IMG/VR virus record: IMGVR_UViG_3300050016_000047
Span: 1 to 64,000 of that record
Length of the DNA: 64,000 bases
Strand: one strand, 5' to 3'
From: a virus
The notes under the pieces are model-generated. The model saw only the letters and a program-made list of their open reading frames with translations. It had not been told where the DNA came from and ran no database searches. This document shows positions 18,030 to 29,377 of this stretch, piece by piece. Position 1 is the stretch's first letter, and each line of letters begins with the position of its first letter. A program made the position numbers and the translations under genes.

Positions 18030-20093
18030 TTAAGCCTTTCTATAGTTTTCGCCGATATACCCTTCAGCCGCCAAAGGTCCATTATACCATACTGGCGACG
18101 TACTCATGCAGTCCGCGAGACAATCTAAACTAAGAGTCCACTTGTCCGTATTGCGGACTAAACATGCGAGTTCGTCGTGGAACATTCCTACTATTTTAAA
18201 TCCGAGTTCGTCGGCTAGGAACATTCCATGTAACAAAATATCCCGCGCGATAGCTTGAACGATATTTTCTATTAACTTCCCACCCCACGTTGTGATTTTG
18301 CCCCAGCCGCCGTTTAGCATCCGGCCATCGTAAACCATTGCTTCGCGTTCGTAGGGGCCTTTTTTACCTTGGATGGTCTGTACTTCCAGTCTGGCGTTTA
18401 TGTAGTGCAAATACCTTCCAGAAGGAAGCTTAATCCGCATTGTATTCCCAACCATATCAAAAGTCAAGTCCCTAAGTTTCATCTCGACTCTATCGCGGAT
18501 TACTTTATGCGTGATATAATCTAGGTCAGCCCACGCAGTAGGGATTTCATGGAATTTTTCGCGGTACACGGCTACGGCTTTATGGGCTTCCGCGCGAGTC
18601 ATGTTTACGCCGTTACGCTCGGCATAGCCCCAAACGCCTGTTTTAACTTTGTCGCCGTTTTTGTTAATTACTTCATCGCCGCCGCCAGAACCATACCCGC
18701 CGCTAAGATATGCAGGCTTAAGAAGTTGGCGTTCTTCTTTAGTAATGGTTTCGTATGGCCGCTGATAGAAAGTAACTCCAAAATCCAAATAGCAATCTAT
18801 ATTAGAACCATCTGGCCGCTTGTCAATAAAAACTCTTTTCATGGCAGAGCAGTCGGCGACTTGACCTATTACTCGTGGTTCGATAGCGTTTAAATCGCAC
18901 ACTACAAAATGCCAGCCTTCAGGAGTTTTAAAACTGCTTCGGCTAAGGCTAGAAGTTACTTCTAGGATTCGGTTAGGGTCGCCGGGAGCAGCAGGAAAAG
19001 CCTTAATCACGCCGTCGTAATCCGCATTACGGACAAGTTCTATGGCTAAATCTAGTTTACTCGCCACGTCTTTAGTCGGGCGGAATAAATTTTGTACTTG
19101 AACATCTCGACCACTCCACCTGAAAGTTCTGGCCGCCCCACCATAGTTAAACTGATTTCTAAGAAAGCCGTCTGGCGAAACCATTTGTGCCATAGTTATA
19201 AGTTTGCTGTCAGAAGTCTTAGAAATAAGTTGCCGGAGTTTCAAAGCTTCGCGGCAACTGTCGGAAATAGCTTTATTCTTGAGTGCCATAACAACGTGAT
19301 CTTTGTCTAGCTGGTTAAAAGGGTATTTCTCGTTTCTAGCCCATTCTAAGAGTTGTTTAGTAGAATTAGGGTTCTCTAGGCCAGTAACGGCTTTCTGTCG
19401 CGCTAATAGCTCGTCACGGCTTCTAATAGCCATCTTAGAGGCGTTCCCTACAAGTTGCATGTCGGTAGGCATACCAGTGTCGTTGATTTTCTGGTCTAGC
19501 TCCCAACCTTTTTGTTCTGTCGGCGGCAGGGGCAAAACTAACTTGAATATCTCCCGCTCGGCTACTACGTCCTGTTTGCAATATTCACAAAAGAGTTCCC
19601 AATCGCGCGGGTCCGTGTTCCAGTCCCTAAAATTAGGCTCGGATATACCAAACAGAGTTTCCTCGCCGCCCATACCAGCGGGTCCACAGAACAAACGAAT
19701 CAGGCGTTTGCCGTCTTTTAGTTTGGCTTGGTCGGCGGGTAGACCTAAGATTTCGCCACAATCTTCCAGTGCTCCCGGCATACTCATATGCTTGCAATAC
19801 ACAGAAGGGTCAATCCAGCGCGAGTAGTCTGTTTTAATTCCTAGCAGAACGTCGAATATTTCGCGCTCAAACCCGGCGTTCCAAGCTAATAACTTATTGT
19901 CCGTATTGCGGATAGCTTCGAGTAGTTCGGCGGGAATTGCTCCAAGATGCGGTTGCCAAAGCTGTACTGGGTTTTCTCCAAATGCGTAGGCACACAAAAG
20001 TACGCGAGTACTAGGATGCCTCGCGTAGTTGTACAGACCTACTTCGGAAAGGTCTAAGAGACTGGCGGTTTCGAAGTCCAGATGAAGTTTAAT
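18030..20093 (-). CDS. Family A DNA polymerase with 3'-5' exonuclease; probable ATT start at 20093
   Basis: The ExoI motif LDFET lies upstream of the listed ORF start. Also AWNAGFE, YCKQDV, DLNAIEPR (motif A), ENIVQAIARD and HDE (motif C). Confidence 0.92.
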   Translation of the reverse strand: MKLHLDFETASLLDLSEVGLYNYARHPSTRVLLCAYAFGENPVQLWQPHLGAIPAELLEAIRNTDNKLLAWNAGFEREIFDVLLGIKTDYSRWIDPSVYCKHMSMPGALEDCGEILGLPADQAKLKDGKRLIRLFCGPAGMGGEETLFGISEPNFRDWNTDPRDWELFCEYCKQDVVAEREIFKLVLPLPPTEQKGWELDQKINDTGMPTDMQLVGNASKMAIRSRDELLARQKAVTGLENPNSTKQLLEWARNEKYPFNQLDKDHVVMALKNKAISDSCREALKLRQLISKTSDSKLITMAQMVSPDGFLRNQFNYGGAARTFRWSGRDVQVQNLFRPTKDVASKLDLAIELVRNADYDGVIKAFPAAPGDPNRILEVTSSLSRSSFKTPEGWHFVVCDLNAIEPRVIGQVADCSAMKRVFIDKRPDGSNIDCYLDFGVTFYQRPYETITKEERQLLKPAYLSGGYGSGGGDEVINKNGDKVKTGVWGYAERNGVNMTRAEAHKAVAVYREKFHEIPTAWADLDYITHKVIRDRVEMKLRDLTFDMVGNTMRIKLPSGRYLHYINARLEVQTIQGKKGPYEREAMVYDGRMLNGGWGKITTWGGKLIENIVQAIARDILLHGMFLADELGFKIVGMFHDELACLVRNTDKWTLSLDCLADCMSTSPVWYNGPLAAEGYIGENYRKA

Positions 20094-20263
20094 TAGTTCT
20101 CCCTTAGATAATCGAGAAGTTCTCGTAAACGGTCTTTCTTCTCGGGATGGTCGGCTAAGTACCTATTAATTTTATTCATCGCGGAGGCAAGGTTTTTCTC
20201 AACCTCGTACCGCGAGATACCTAGCCGACTTGCAATAGTGGTTATAGGAGTGAGAGACTTCAA
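20093..20263 (-). CDS. Small HTH protein resembling sigma70 region 4
   Basis: MKSLTPITTIASRLGISRYEVEKNLASAMNKINRYL..., translated by hand (56 aa). Confidence 0.5.
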   Translation of the reverse strand: MKSLTPITTIASRLGISRYEVEKNLASAMNKINRYLADHPEKKDRLRELLDYLREN

Positions 20264-21939
20264 AATTAAGACAGTCCCTCCAGTTGGTTTTTAATCTTGT
20301 CGAATAACGTAAGGAAAATCTCCATCATTTCAAAGTGTTTGCTTTCCAGCGCGACTATTCCAGCCCCGCTGATAGCGGATAGGAGTGTTTTGGCTTCGGT
20401 TTGAGTAAGGATTAGTGCAACTTCCTTGGTGCCGCCCTTGATTTCGAGAATATCGCTCGTTTTAATGAAAAACTTAAGACACAGGTTTTTCACGTCGAGC
20501 GGTTTCGTGCTCTTAGCTTCCTGATTAATCGGCGTTTCTTTCGTTGCTGTTTTAGACATTACTTTCCCTCCTTGAATAACTCGATTATAGTTTCTATCTT
20601 TTTTGCCGCCAGTTCAATAATACTTGTAGTGTCCGAATCCTTGCGTGTGCCGAGTCTTTCCAGCCCTAAGAAAACTTTCTTACACTCGCGGCCTACCACT
20701 TCGCCGTAGGTACTTTCTACTGTCTGCGAAAGAAACTGGTACTGTCCGCAAACCGGACAATGAATAGTAATCCTCGCCGGGTTAACATCATACATACCAA
20801 AACAGTTTTTACAGAACGGACATTTAAGATTTAGGTTTAGCATTAGAAAGGTTTTGCCTCCATGGTCGTGGGTAGCGGCTGCTTCATAAGATGGTTGAAT
20901 TGGTCGGGCGCGTATTTCTCGATAAGCGCCATAGTCGGATCGTTAAGCTTGATTACTTTGCGATTAGTGAACAAATGCCACAAAGCAATCGTAGCGAGAC
21001 GAAAATTAGTGTTTTCCATTGTCAGCCCCTTGCGCGTAGTCCGCGAGTGCGGCGGCTATCGCATAAATAACTACTCCTACTACAAAACTAAGCCAGAAAG
21101 CTACTCTCACGACATACAGAATAATACCACACAAAATCCCAAAAGTCAAGCCAATAATTCGGCTAATTTTGGTAATTCTCCCTTCCCGCTTGCCGTCCGT
21201 AAAGCGGACAATTCGGAGGTACTGTGCGTGTTGAAACCAATTCAGCGGTTTTACCACGGCCTAACTCCAAGCCAAACATAAAACCTTTGCTTCCACTTAG
21301 GTAGCTTGCACCAAATCTCTCCCATTCGCACATTGTCGTTGCGGAGTCGCCTATGAGAGTCTATTAAATCTTGCAACGCAGTTTCCTCAGTAACGTAGTG
21401 CTTACCGCCCCATATATTTTCTATGTATTCTTTGGCCGTCATTTTAGTTTCTTACTGTCGAATGGCTCGACTTTAATTTCAGCCTTGGCGACTTGACACT
21501 TGCCGTTTAAATAGTACTCCGTCCAAATATCGCCGGATTCCTCGCCCTCGCCGGACAGAGTAAAAACTACTTTAGGATGGAGTTTGGAAAATTCTCTAAA
21601 GTTTTCCTCGTGGTCGTACCACTTACTTTCCTGATAAGTACTGGCTCCGGTTTCATCCAAAGCGTATTCCGCTTCGTCATATTTTGCCCTGAGTTCGGCA
21701 ATGATTTCTTCGGACGCCTCGTTGTTTCCCAAACTTGTTTGTAAACTATACTTTGTGTAGTATCCCATTTTAACTCCTAGTACTTCCTTTTGTCCGCCGA
21801 GTCAGCGGAATAATCGCACGCGACAATAAGAATGTCGCCTACTTTACGTGTGGTAGGGTCCGCGCCGTTGTTACAGGACACGCCGACTTGAGTCGATTCC
21901 CGTAATATTGTGTGCTAAGACAATTAAACTCATATTAGA

Positions 21940-22003
21940 ATAATACACCCTTTCTGCAACCTTGTCAAGCGGTTTTACAATTATTTTAAAACTGTGCTAT
22001 ACT
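21940..22003. promoter_or_regulatory. Divergent sigma70-type promoter pair
   Basis: Minus strand TTGACA-17-TATTAT (21968-21940); plus strand TTTACA-18-TATACT (21974-22003), ending 6 nt before ATG 22010. Confidence 0.6.
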
Positions 22004-22198
22004 TGCTTTATGAGAGAATCTAAGTTCGTTCGTCCGCGCGGTAAGCCTGTTTTCTTATACTTTTGCAAAGACTGTAAAACCCAATTAACTAAGCCGAATT
22101 GCTTAGACACGCACAGCCTAGGATGCTGGGTATGTCCTGAATGTGGTGCAGGCGCTAAGGCAACCCGCCGACCTAACAGAGAGGAAAACGAATAAAAC

Positions 22199-22864
22199 TT
22201 GTCATATCGTAGAATCCCCGTTATAAACGGTAAGAAAACATGTTGTAACTGTAAGAAACTAAAGCCAATTAAAGACTTTTTTAAATCTAATAGCCAAACT
22301 AGCGGGCTTCGTCCGCGATGCCGCGAGTGTTGTTCTACCGCCTTTGAAAAGTGGCGAGACGGTAAAAAGTGGTGCTCAGCGTGTGAAAAGTATTTAGAGC
22401 CAACCGCGTTTCGTTATGAAAAAAGACGTGGTGTTTTAATGCTTACGTATGCTTGTACTAAGTGCATTAGGAAAAAACAATCTGACGGAGCTAGGCTGCG
22501 GAAGCACCGCGTAAGCGCGGAGGACTTTTCCGCACGGCTTACTCGACAAGGGAACATGTGTGGTATTTGTAGGACTTCTGTTCCGGGCGGCATAAACAAC
22601 CAGTGGCACGTTGACCACGACCACGCATGCTGTCCCGGTAATACATCTTGTGGTAAATGTGTTCGCGGCTTGTTATGCGTTCGTTGCAATTTTGGCCTCG
22701 GCTTCTTTAAAGATGACAGTCGTATACTTTTAAGCGCATTGCTATATTTGCACAAAGGAGAACAATTATGCAGTTCAAGGATTGTAATGGAAACGCTGTT
22801 GAAGAAGGGAACATCGTATATCTCTCCCTCGGTCTTGGCGAACTTGTCACTGGAAAAATTATAA
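22199..22864 (+). CDS. Endonuclease VII-family (homing-type) nuclease
   Basis: N-terminal CxxC zinc ribbons; QGNMCGIC...HVDHDH...VRGLLCVRCNFGLGFFKDD. Confidence 0.9.
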   Translation: MSYRRIPVINGKKTCCNCKKLKPIKDFFKSNSQTSGLRPRCRECCSTAFEKWRDGKKWCSACEKYLEPTAFRYEKRRGVLMLTYACTKCIRKKQSDGARLRKHRVSAEDFSARLTRQGNMCGICRTSVPGGINNQWHVDHDHACCPGNTSCGKCVRGLLCVRCNFGLGFFKDDSRILLSALLYLHKGEQLCSSRIVMETLLKKGTSYISPSVLANLSLEKL

Positions 22865-24059
22865 AATTGGAACAAGGTTTAGGAAATCTAAACCCTGCCG
22901 AAGTTACTCAAGCTATGGCGCATTTAATTATAGTTGTGCAACGTCCCGTATACCCTAACGGCCAGATACTAGGCGTCGGCCTAGCTAAGATGCCAGATGG
23001 GGTGTCTAGCATAGTTCCTTAGCCGCGATATATTGGCAATCCTCCGCATGTACCATATCTCGTACCCACAATACGCGGCAGCCGGGGCATCCTGTCGCCA
23101 TCGTTTTGTATTCGCGGTCTGGTACAAGTGGAAATTCTATTTTACTTAACGCCCATTCGAGACTTTCTTGTAGATAGTATTTTTCTAGTTCGCGGTCGCT
23201 ACTCATTTTAAACTCCTTTTAGTCCATAGTTTTTCGCCGTTGATCGGGAATTTCCAGATTTGCATTTTACCTCCGCAGTCCGCGAATACAAAGTATAGCT
23301 CCAACCGCGAGTGACGCGATAACCCAGTATTCTAAGATTTTAAACACTATCATGTTACCCTCCACACCCTAGTTCGGTCGGCCAGACGGTTCCCGTTTCT
23401 TCTTCGTATGGCGTTTCGATTTTGTCCGCAAAACGGACGGCGTAATTCACGGCTTTTAGAATAAACTTCTCAATCGTGGCTACCCGCTCCAACTCAATCT
23501 CGCCGAATAGCTCCCAATCAAGCCGGATAGCCGCTTCGTGTGCAACCTGTGCAGGAGTCAGCCGGGGTAAATACTCTAGGATTTCTTCGGCGGTTTTCAC
23601 GTAGTCTTGACAACTTTGTTCGTAAGTTTCGCTCACGCTTCTTCCTCCAATTCTTTACCTATATTCTTTAGTTTCTCTTTAGTTTCTTCTGTCATTTCCG
23701 ATTGAATCTCTGTGAGTTCGTAGGCATCGCCGGTTAGTTTCGCGGCGGCACCTTTGAGGAGTTCGGCTTCGATCTGTGCTACCAGCCCAACGCGATTCAG
23801 CGGGGCCATAGGCACAGACCACACGTCGTTTTTAAGTACGCGGACGTACACTCTACGCGTTTTAACCTCGCCAGACTTGCTAAAGCTTCCGTCCGTATTG
23901 CGGACATAGGTGAGAGTCACTGTGACAACTCCATTTCTACAAACTCGCGCATACGGCGCATTTCTGACAAAGTTTGGGGTCCCAAAGCATCCAGCAGGTT
24001 TTCATCACTCATATTGTCTGCTAGGTCGCCTAGACACCCCTCACACAAGCCGTTTACAA

Positions 24060-25574
24060 CTAGTTTATGGCAGATCGGGCAGAGCATGTTTCCTCTCTTT
24101 CCATTGCGATTTCTTCTTTTTCCATTGCGATTTCTTTTGTACACTGTTCGCACAAACTTGTCAAGCGATATTCTAGTGGTTCTCCGCAATCGGTACAAAA
24201 GGTTCCTGCCATGGGTCCGTCGTCATGGAGTTTTGGTTCCTCTGTCCAAGCCGCGCGGTCACACTTGTTACAAACTCTCGGGTCGTCGTCGGTTAGGGTC
24301 TTAGGCTCTCCGCAAGTCTCACAGTTCGCCAAATCTGGCAACCTAGGCTCCGGCTTCGATCCCGGCTTAATCCGCGAGTCTATGCAATCTATGCGTTGGC
24401 ACAAAGTATGCTCACTTGGGATTAGCGGTTTCTTGCAATGTTCGCATAGGCGCTCGTGCTTCTTGCGCGGTCGGCGGTTGTTTAATTCATAATCTACTTC
24501 CTCAATATAGTTTTCTTGCGTAACCGTTTCGATGGCTTGGCTGCAATAGTTTGTACGAATCCAGTCAATCGCTTTTTGTGCTTTCCATCCGGTAGCGACT
24601 AGGATACACGCAATCGCGGTGCCTGTCCTGCCGTGTCCGCCGATACAGAAAACTAAAGCTTTAGATTTCTTCTCGGCCATATGTTTAACAAGGTCTTTCC
24701 AAAACTCCGGGTCAAGTACAGGAGAATCCATGTCCGGCCAATCTAACTTAATCTCCGTAGCCTTGTGAGTCTTATACTTGTTAAACCACTCAAAAGGCAC
24801 GTCATGGTTCGGCATAGTTTTGAGTCCGGTTAGGTTTATAATCAGATCGAATCCGCGCAGTTGACTCAAGCAATCAATTCGAGTCCCGGCAAATACCTTC
24901 CAAGTCTTACCGTCTATTACTTCTACAGGTTTGTGAAAACACGCACTGTATAATTGCCCCTGTCCGGTCTTTTTTTCATCCCACCAACGCGCGGAGGCTT
25001 GTCCGCCTTGTCCGCTTTGCGGAGGGTAGCTCCCGTACTGAGAAGCGGGTTTTCCCGGCGTACTGCTATAGAAAATCCCATGCTCTTTACAAAAAGAGCT
25101 TGCGCCGTCCGCCATTTTCTCGCACCGCTTACTCGTGGCCGCACCGAATACACATTGCTTTGGCGGGAGATTCGTAAGTGCGGCGGCATTAGCCTGTGCG
25201 AAGTCTTTGTCTAGGTATCTATCTTCCGGCCTAATGGTTTCGTCCACAGCGTCGGGGTCACTAGAGGTGCCCTTGAGAGCGGCTTCCGCTTCCATTGCGT
25301 CCTGTTTCAAATCCATATAGCTTTTGGCGGCTTCCTCCGGGTTATTAATCTCCCATTTTAAATCCTCTACCACGTCGGGGCAAGAGACTTCCAATTGCTC
25401 AAACGTCATGGTGGCCTGCCATGGCTGTAAGCCGTATTTAAGTTTGGCATCTTCGACAGAGGTACAATTCCACAAGGTTCGCGGAGTGTACTGTACGCGC
25501 GGCTTGATCGGGTGTATAGTTCGCGGATTCATATTTCCTTTCTTGTTTCGGTTCTTGCGGTTTCGCTTACTCAT
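24060..25574 (-). CDS. Protein with a dual-specificity/PTP phosphatase domain and C-terminal zinc ribbons
   Basis: WPDMDSP acid loop, CX5R motif VFCIGGHGRTG, AIETVTQ Q-loop. Confidence 0.8.
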   Translation of the reverse strand: MSKRNRKNRNKKGNMNPRTIHPIKPRVQYTPRTLWNCTSVEDAKLKYGLQPWQATMTFEQLEVSCPDVVEDLKWEINNPEEAAKSYMDLKQDAMEAEAALKGTSSDPDAVDETIRPEDRYLDKDFAQANAAALTNLPPKQCVFGAATSKRCEKMADGASSFCKEHGIFYSSTPGKPASQYGSYPPQSGQGGQASARWWDEKKTGQGQLYSACFHKPVEVIDGKTWKVFAGTRIDCLSQLRGFDLIINLTGLKTMPNHDVPFEWFNKYKTHKATEIKLDWPDMDSPVLDPEFWKDLVKHMAEKKSKALVFCIGGHGRTGTAIACILVATGWKAQKAIDWIRTNYCSQAIETVTQENYIEEVDYELNNRRPRKKHERLCEHCKKPLIPSEHTLCQRIDCIDSRIKPGSKPEPRLPDLANCETCGEPKTLTDDDPRVCNKCDRAAWTEEPKLHDDGPMAGTFCTDCGEPLEYRLTSLCEQCTKEIAMEKEEIAMEREETCSARSAIN

Positions 25575-28328
25575 TTAAAGATCACCCCACACGGCGATTT
25601 CTTGCGCGGTTTGTATCGGGTGACGCGGGGTCCATCCGGCTTTGTCAGCACACTCAAGGCACAGAGTTTTAAACTTTGGTGTAGTTTGTCCGCACACGTC
25701 CCAGTTGTGGCCTACTTCGCAAGTGTGCATGTAGCCTTTTGGTGTAGGGTTCATCATGGCATTTTTTACTAGGTGCTTTGTCAAGCATACCACACCCTTT
25801 AAAGATTTTCCACAAGAAAGTACGGCGTCCCTCACCGTTTCGGGTTTTGCTACTCGTTTTGCTACTCGTTTTTTGGATCGTGGCGCGGCTTCCGTTTCTG
25901 GCATAACTTCTTTTGGCATCAAACAAACATAGTCTGTGCTATACCCGCCAGTGTAATACCCGGCCTGTTTCTTAGAAAGCTTGTGATACTTGGTTTCGCT
26001 TCCCTTGCGGAAACTCGGCAACTCGTCCGTATGCGGATCGTCTTTCATTGCGCTTTCCGCGCGTTCCAAAGTTTTATAACTCCAAGTAACGGGTTGGTTT
26101 TTCCACGTTTTGTACTCGGAAGTACCCAAACCCGTTTTGTATTGGACGTGGAAAACTTTAACTTTCAGTCCGCCAAACTCCGGGCCTCCGTCTTTGATGC
26201 AAACTTGCGCTTTAGTTACTTTTAGCGCGGTCGGTTCCTCGACAAACTTAGGCAAGAGAAGTTTTGCCCTGCGGCGGTATGTCATACCAGCACGCTTGAT
26301 TGTGTCAGCGGTAGCATTTAAAACCCTGTAGATATGCGGAGCGCAGCGTACCGCACCGTATACGGGGCACTCGGCAACTTTGTCCAGTTCGCTGCCCATG
26401 ATAAACTTGTTAAATGCCCAGCCGTTGTTGTGCTCGGAATGTACCAGTTGGTTCAAAAACTCAAGCGCACCGTCTGGGTTTTTGTCCACTAACGAATTAT
26501 ACATAAGCACGCCAAACCGGACAAACTTAAACCAACTCTTCCCGCCGAAACCCTCGCGCCACAGATCGGCGTCCAAAAACGCATCAATGGCTTTAGAAAA
26601 CTTCTTACGAACGGGCAAGGCTTCGACTTTTGCCCACGCTTTGTCATAAATGCTTTCGCGGCTGATTCTCCGTGAATTGCGAGCGCCTTTTGCGTGCCGG
26701 GACTCCCCGAGTCCTGCCGCAATCGTGAGACGCCACGCGCAGCCCATCGCCGCGCCTAGTAAAATATCGTGCTTTCCGCGCCATTGCGAAATATGATGGC
26801 ATCCCGCCAGCATAAAATATGCAGCTTCGTTGTACGGGATCTCCATTTTGCAACCGATAACGAATCCCGCACGCATTAGTTCGATGCTAGGCTTAGTCTC
26901 ACCTTGTGTCGTCGGGCGGACAGTCTCGCCAATCTTAGGTGCCCACGTTATGCAAACTGGGATATTGTTTAAAACCGCGTGAATCGCATAATGGCTGGCA
27001 AGGCTACCGTTCGGGTGATGGACTATTGTGCCCGGCGGCACGTTTTTCATTTTTGTTTCCCATTCGAGCAAGTCACCTTCCGCCAGAATTACGTTAGAAA
27101 CTATAATTTCTGCCGGAATGTAATCTTGACTCGATTGGGGCAACTCAGGACCGTCGCGCAACTGTACGGCATAGCTTTGAAAGTCCGTAGGTGCCCCGCA
27201 GTGTGTTTCTGATTTCCAAAGCAATTCCATATACGGGGCATTATTTATTCCGGCTTCTTTGTTTAGTTTAGAATTACTCATGTCGCCGATAACCGGAATT
27301 GTCAGCGCGGAGGTACCAGCGGTCGCACCGTCTGTTCCTGTGCCAATCGCCAAGTGTCCAGTTGTCCAGATACCGGAATACTCGGCTTCAATTCTTTCCA
27401 TGGTAACTAATTCGGCTTCCGCGTCTGCTTCAAGAGTCTGCCGGATAATTTCGGCGGCTTCGTCCGCATTACGGATAACGCGAGAATCCACAAAACCGTG
27501 TCGTGGCCGCATGGGGCAAGGCCGCACAAACTTGTCTATTAGTTTTGATGGCTTGCAAGTTTTCGCGTCATGCAATCCGAAACCAAGCGTGCCGATATTG
27601 GACATATTTAAGTAACTCTCAAGAGCTTGCAATCCGCGTGCTTTTTGTGTTCGCGCCGTGATTTTCGGGCGATCTTCTTTCATTTTTAAAACTGGCGAAA
27701 AATCATACGCTTTATACGCGGCTTTATACTTTTCAATCGCGGGACTATCCAGCTTAGTCACTTCCCCAGTAGCTTGATTGATTTTGGAAATTTCGGTTTT
27801 GCCGTGAATATCTATAAAATCGCGGAGGGTTTTCGGCGTCGGTCTTTTAGTACTCTCGCCATAGGTATACTCTTTGCCGTCCAGCCAATACACACCACAC
27901 TGGCAGAGGTATTTGAAGTTTTCAGGTTTTTCCGCCGGGACAGCCTCGCCAACTGGAAGTTTGGTCATAGCGTCAAGCGGCCAAACTAGTTTTTCAATCC
28001 ATAGAAAATTCTTAGGCTGATACAAATGCGCGTGAACGTCGCAAGCAAAAAATCCTTCGTCGCCCTCTGTGTGGTGCATGAAATGTGTAAGCGTAGCGCC
28101 ATGCTCAGCGCCCATGCAAGGGCAATTCCCGCCGTAATTAGCTTTGTGTGTCTCGGGATTTAGGGTTACTTTTGTGGTTTTGGATTTCGCGTACAGCCCG
28201 GCGTGATTTGCACAGCATACAAACGGACTCAAAACACCCAAGTTAACGACATAGGAATTGTCGTTAGAGTGAGCGCCGTAACTTCCTTCCGTACTGCAAG
28301 GGCAATTAGTTTTGATCGGGTCTGTCAT
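25575..28328 (-). CDS. PPDK/PEP-synthase-like phosphotransferase (ATP-grasp plus phospho-His swivel domain)
   Basis: Ordered motifs QKARGL, FVRPCP, MERIEAEYSGIWT, GTGTDGATAG, YMELLW, YAVQLR, GSLASHYAIHAVLNNIP. Confidence 0.65.
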   Translation of the reverse strand: MTDPIKTNCPCSTEGSYGAHSNDNSYVVNLGVLSPFVCCANHAGLYAKSKTTKVTLNPETHKANYGGNCPCMGAEHGATLTHFMHHTEGDEGFFACDVHAHLYQPKNFLWIEKLVWPLDAMTKLPVGEAVPAEKPENFKYLCQCGVYWLDGKEYTYGESTKRPTPKTLRDFIDIHGKTEISKINQATGEVTKLDSPAIEKYKAAYKAYDFSPVLKMKEDRPKITARTQKARGLQALESYLNMSNIGTLGFGLHDAKTCKPSKLIDKFVRPCPMRPRHGFVDSRVIRNADEAAEIIRQTLEADAEAELVTMERIEAEYSGIWTTGHLAIGTGTDGATAGTSALTIPVIGDMSNSKLNKEAGINNAPYMELLWKSETHCGAPTDFQSYAVQLRDGPELPQSSQDYIPAEIIVSNVILAEGDLLEWETKMKNVPPGTIVHHPNGSLASHYAIHAVLNNIPVCITWAPKIGETVRPTTQGETKPSIELMRAGFVIGCKMEIPYNEAAYFMLAGCHHISQWRGKHDILLGAAMGCAWRLTIAAGLGESRHAKGARNSRRISRESIYDKAWAKVEALPVRKKFSKAIDAFLDADLWREGFGGKSWFKFVRFGVLMYNSLVDKNPDGALEFLNQLVHSEHNNGWAFNKFIMGSELDKVAECPVYGAVRCAPHIYRVLNATADTIKRAGMTYRRRAKLLLPKFVEEPTALKVTKAQVCIKDGGPEFGGLKVKVFHVQYKTGLGTSEYKTWKNQPVTWSYKTLERAESAMKDDPHTDELPSFRKGSETKYHKLSKKQAGYYTGGYSTDYVCLMPKEVMPETEAAPRSKKRVAKRVAKPETVRDAVLSCGKSLKGVVCLTKHLVKNAMMNPTPKGYMHTCEVGHNWDVCGQTTPKFKTLCLECADKAGWTPRHPIQTAQEIAVWGDL

Positions 28329-28346
28329 GTTTCCCCCTCTTTTAAA

Positions 28347-28375
28347 AGAATACTTTAAACTTTAAACCTTGTCAA
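28347..28375 (-). promoter_or_regulatory. sigma70-type promoter
   Basis: TTGACA-17 nt-TATTCT upstream of the RBS and ATG at 28328. Confidence 0.65.
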
Positions 28376-28669
28376 GAAGTATTTTCAAGTATTTTTTGTA
28401 TTTTTTGCTAGTACTCTGTGCGGCAGACTCCTTAGAATCTGCCGGGACAATACTAGGACTCAATGATACTGGCCGCGATTAAAACCCCAACGATCAGTAC
28501 AAAGATTCCAACCGCGAGAAATACTAATTGTATGTTAATCATTTTTCTCCTTTGTTGCGCCTAGGCAATTAGGCGGCATACGAAATAGAAAGCCCGTAAC
28601 ACCAATGTATTCTTATGTTTAGCCTGTCTCGCCCATCCCGCAAGATAGGCGAGCACGCCAAACTAGTAA

Positions 28670-28987
28670 CTAATCTTTACCGTATGCTTTTAGCATCGCG
28701 CAAGAGAGACACGACTTTTCCACGATTACCATATCGCCCACGATATAGTCACCGTCAAAAAGGTTTACGATTCGTGTCGCGGCGGGATTCACGGGCAATC
28801 CGCTAAACTTACCCTCCTCGTTAATCCAAGCCGTACCACGTCCGTTTCCCGGCTTAAGAAAAACATGCTCGATCAGTCCGCCGACAATCTTCTGCAATTC
28901 CGCGAGTTCGAATTTCTTGCCGTTCGCCGGAAGAACAATACTAACTGTTCCATCCGAGTGCAGCACACGTCCTATTGTTTGCTTCAT
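28670..28987 (-). CDS. DUF3846-like protein
   Basis: LAELQKIVGGLIE...INEEGKFSGLPVNPAAT...IVGDMVI. Confidence 0.8.
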   Translation of the reverse strand: MKQTIGRVLHSDGTVSIVLPANGKKFELAELQKIVGGLIEHVFLKPGNGRGTAWINEEGKFSGLPVNPAATRIVNLFDGDYIVGDMVIVEKSCLSCAMLKAYGKD

Positions 28988-29377
28988 TTTTCTCCCTTTC
29001 CTTTCCGCGTAGGCAATCGCGGGGAGTACGTTATTTCTGATGATAAAAGTACTCCATTGGACGCTAGACTGTCAAGTTAATTCTAGCGTCCTAGCAATAC
29101 TTTTCACAGCCTACATTCGAGAATACGTACTTCCAATGTAGGGCAATCTAGCATTAGGCGATGGCAAGCTAATTGCGCTTCACCTAGGGTGTCCCAATTC
29201 CCTAGGGTGTAATACGGGGTTGTAAACTCCGCATCGCGGGTTGCCGGGTGTATCCTGTAGCCTACCTCGAAGTGTACCTTTCGCATGTTATCCTTCTTTC
29301 CGTCCGGTTTGCGGACCGTCCTGTTAGGCCATAGCAGCCTGTCCTAGCCTCTCACGTGGAAAGACTAGGCCATGCGA

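Noticed and set aside
7455-20093. Inteins or introns in nrdJ, thyX, rtcB or the polymerase (also terL)
   Set aside because: Lengths and motif spacing are normal, with no intein-like insertions or frame breaks.
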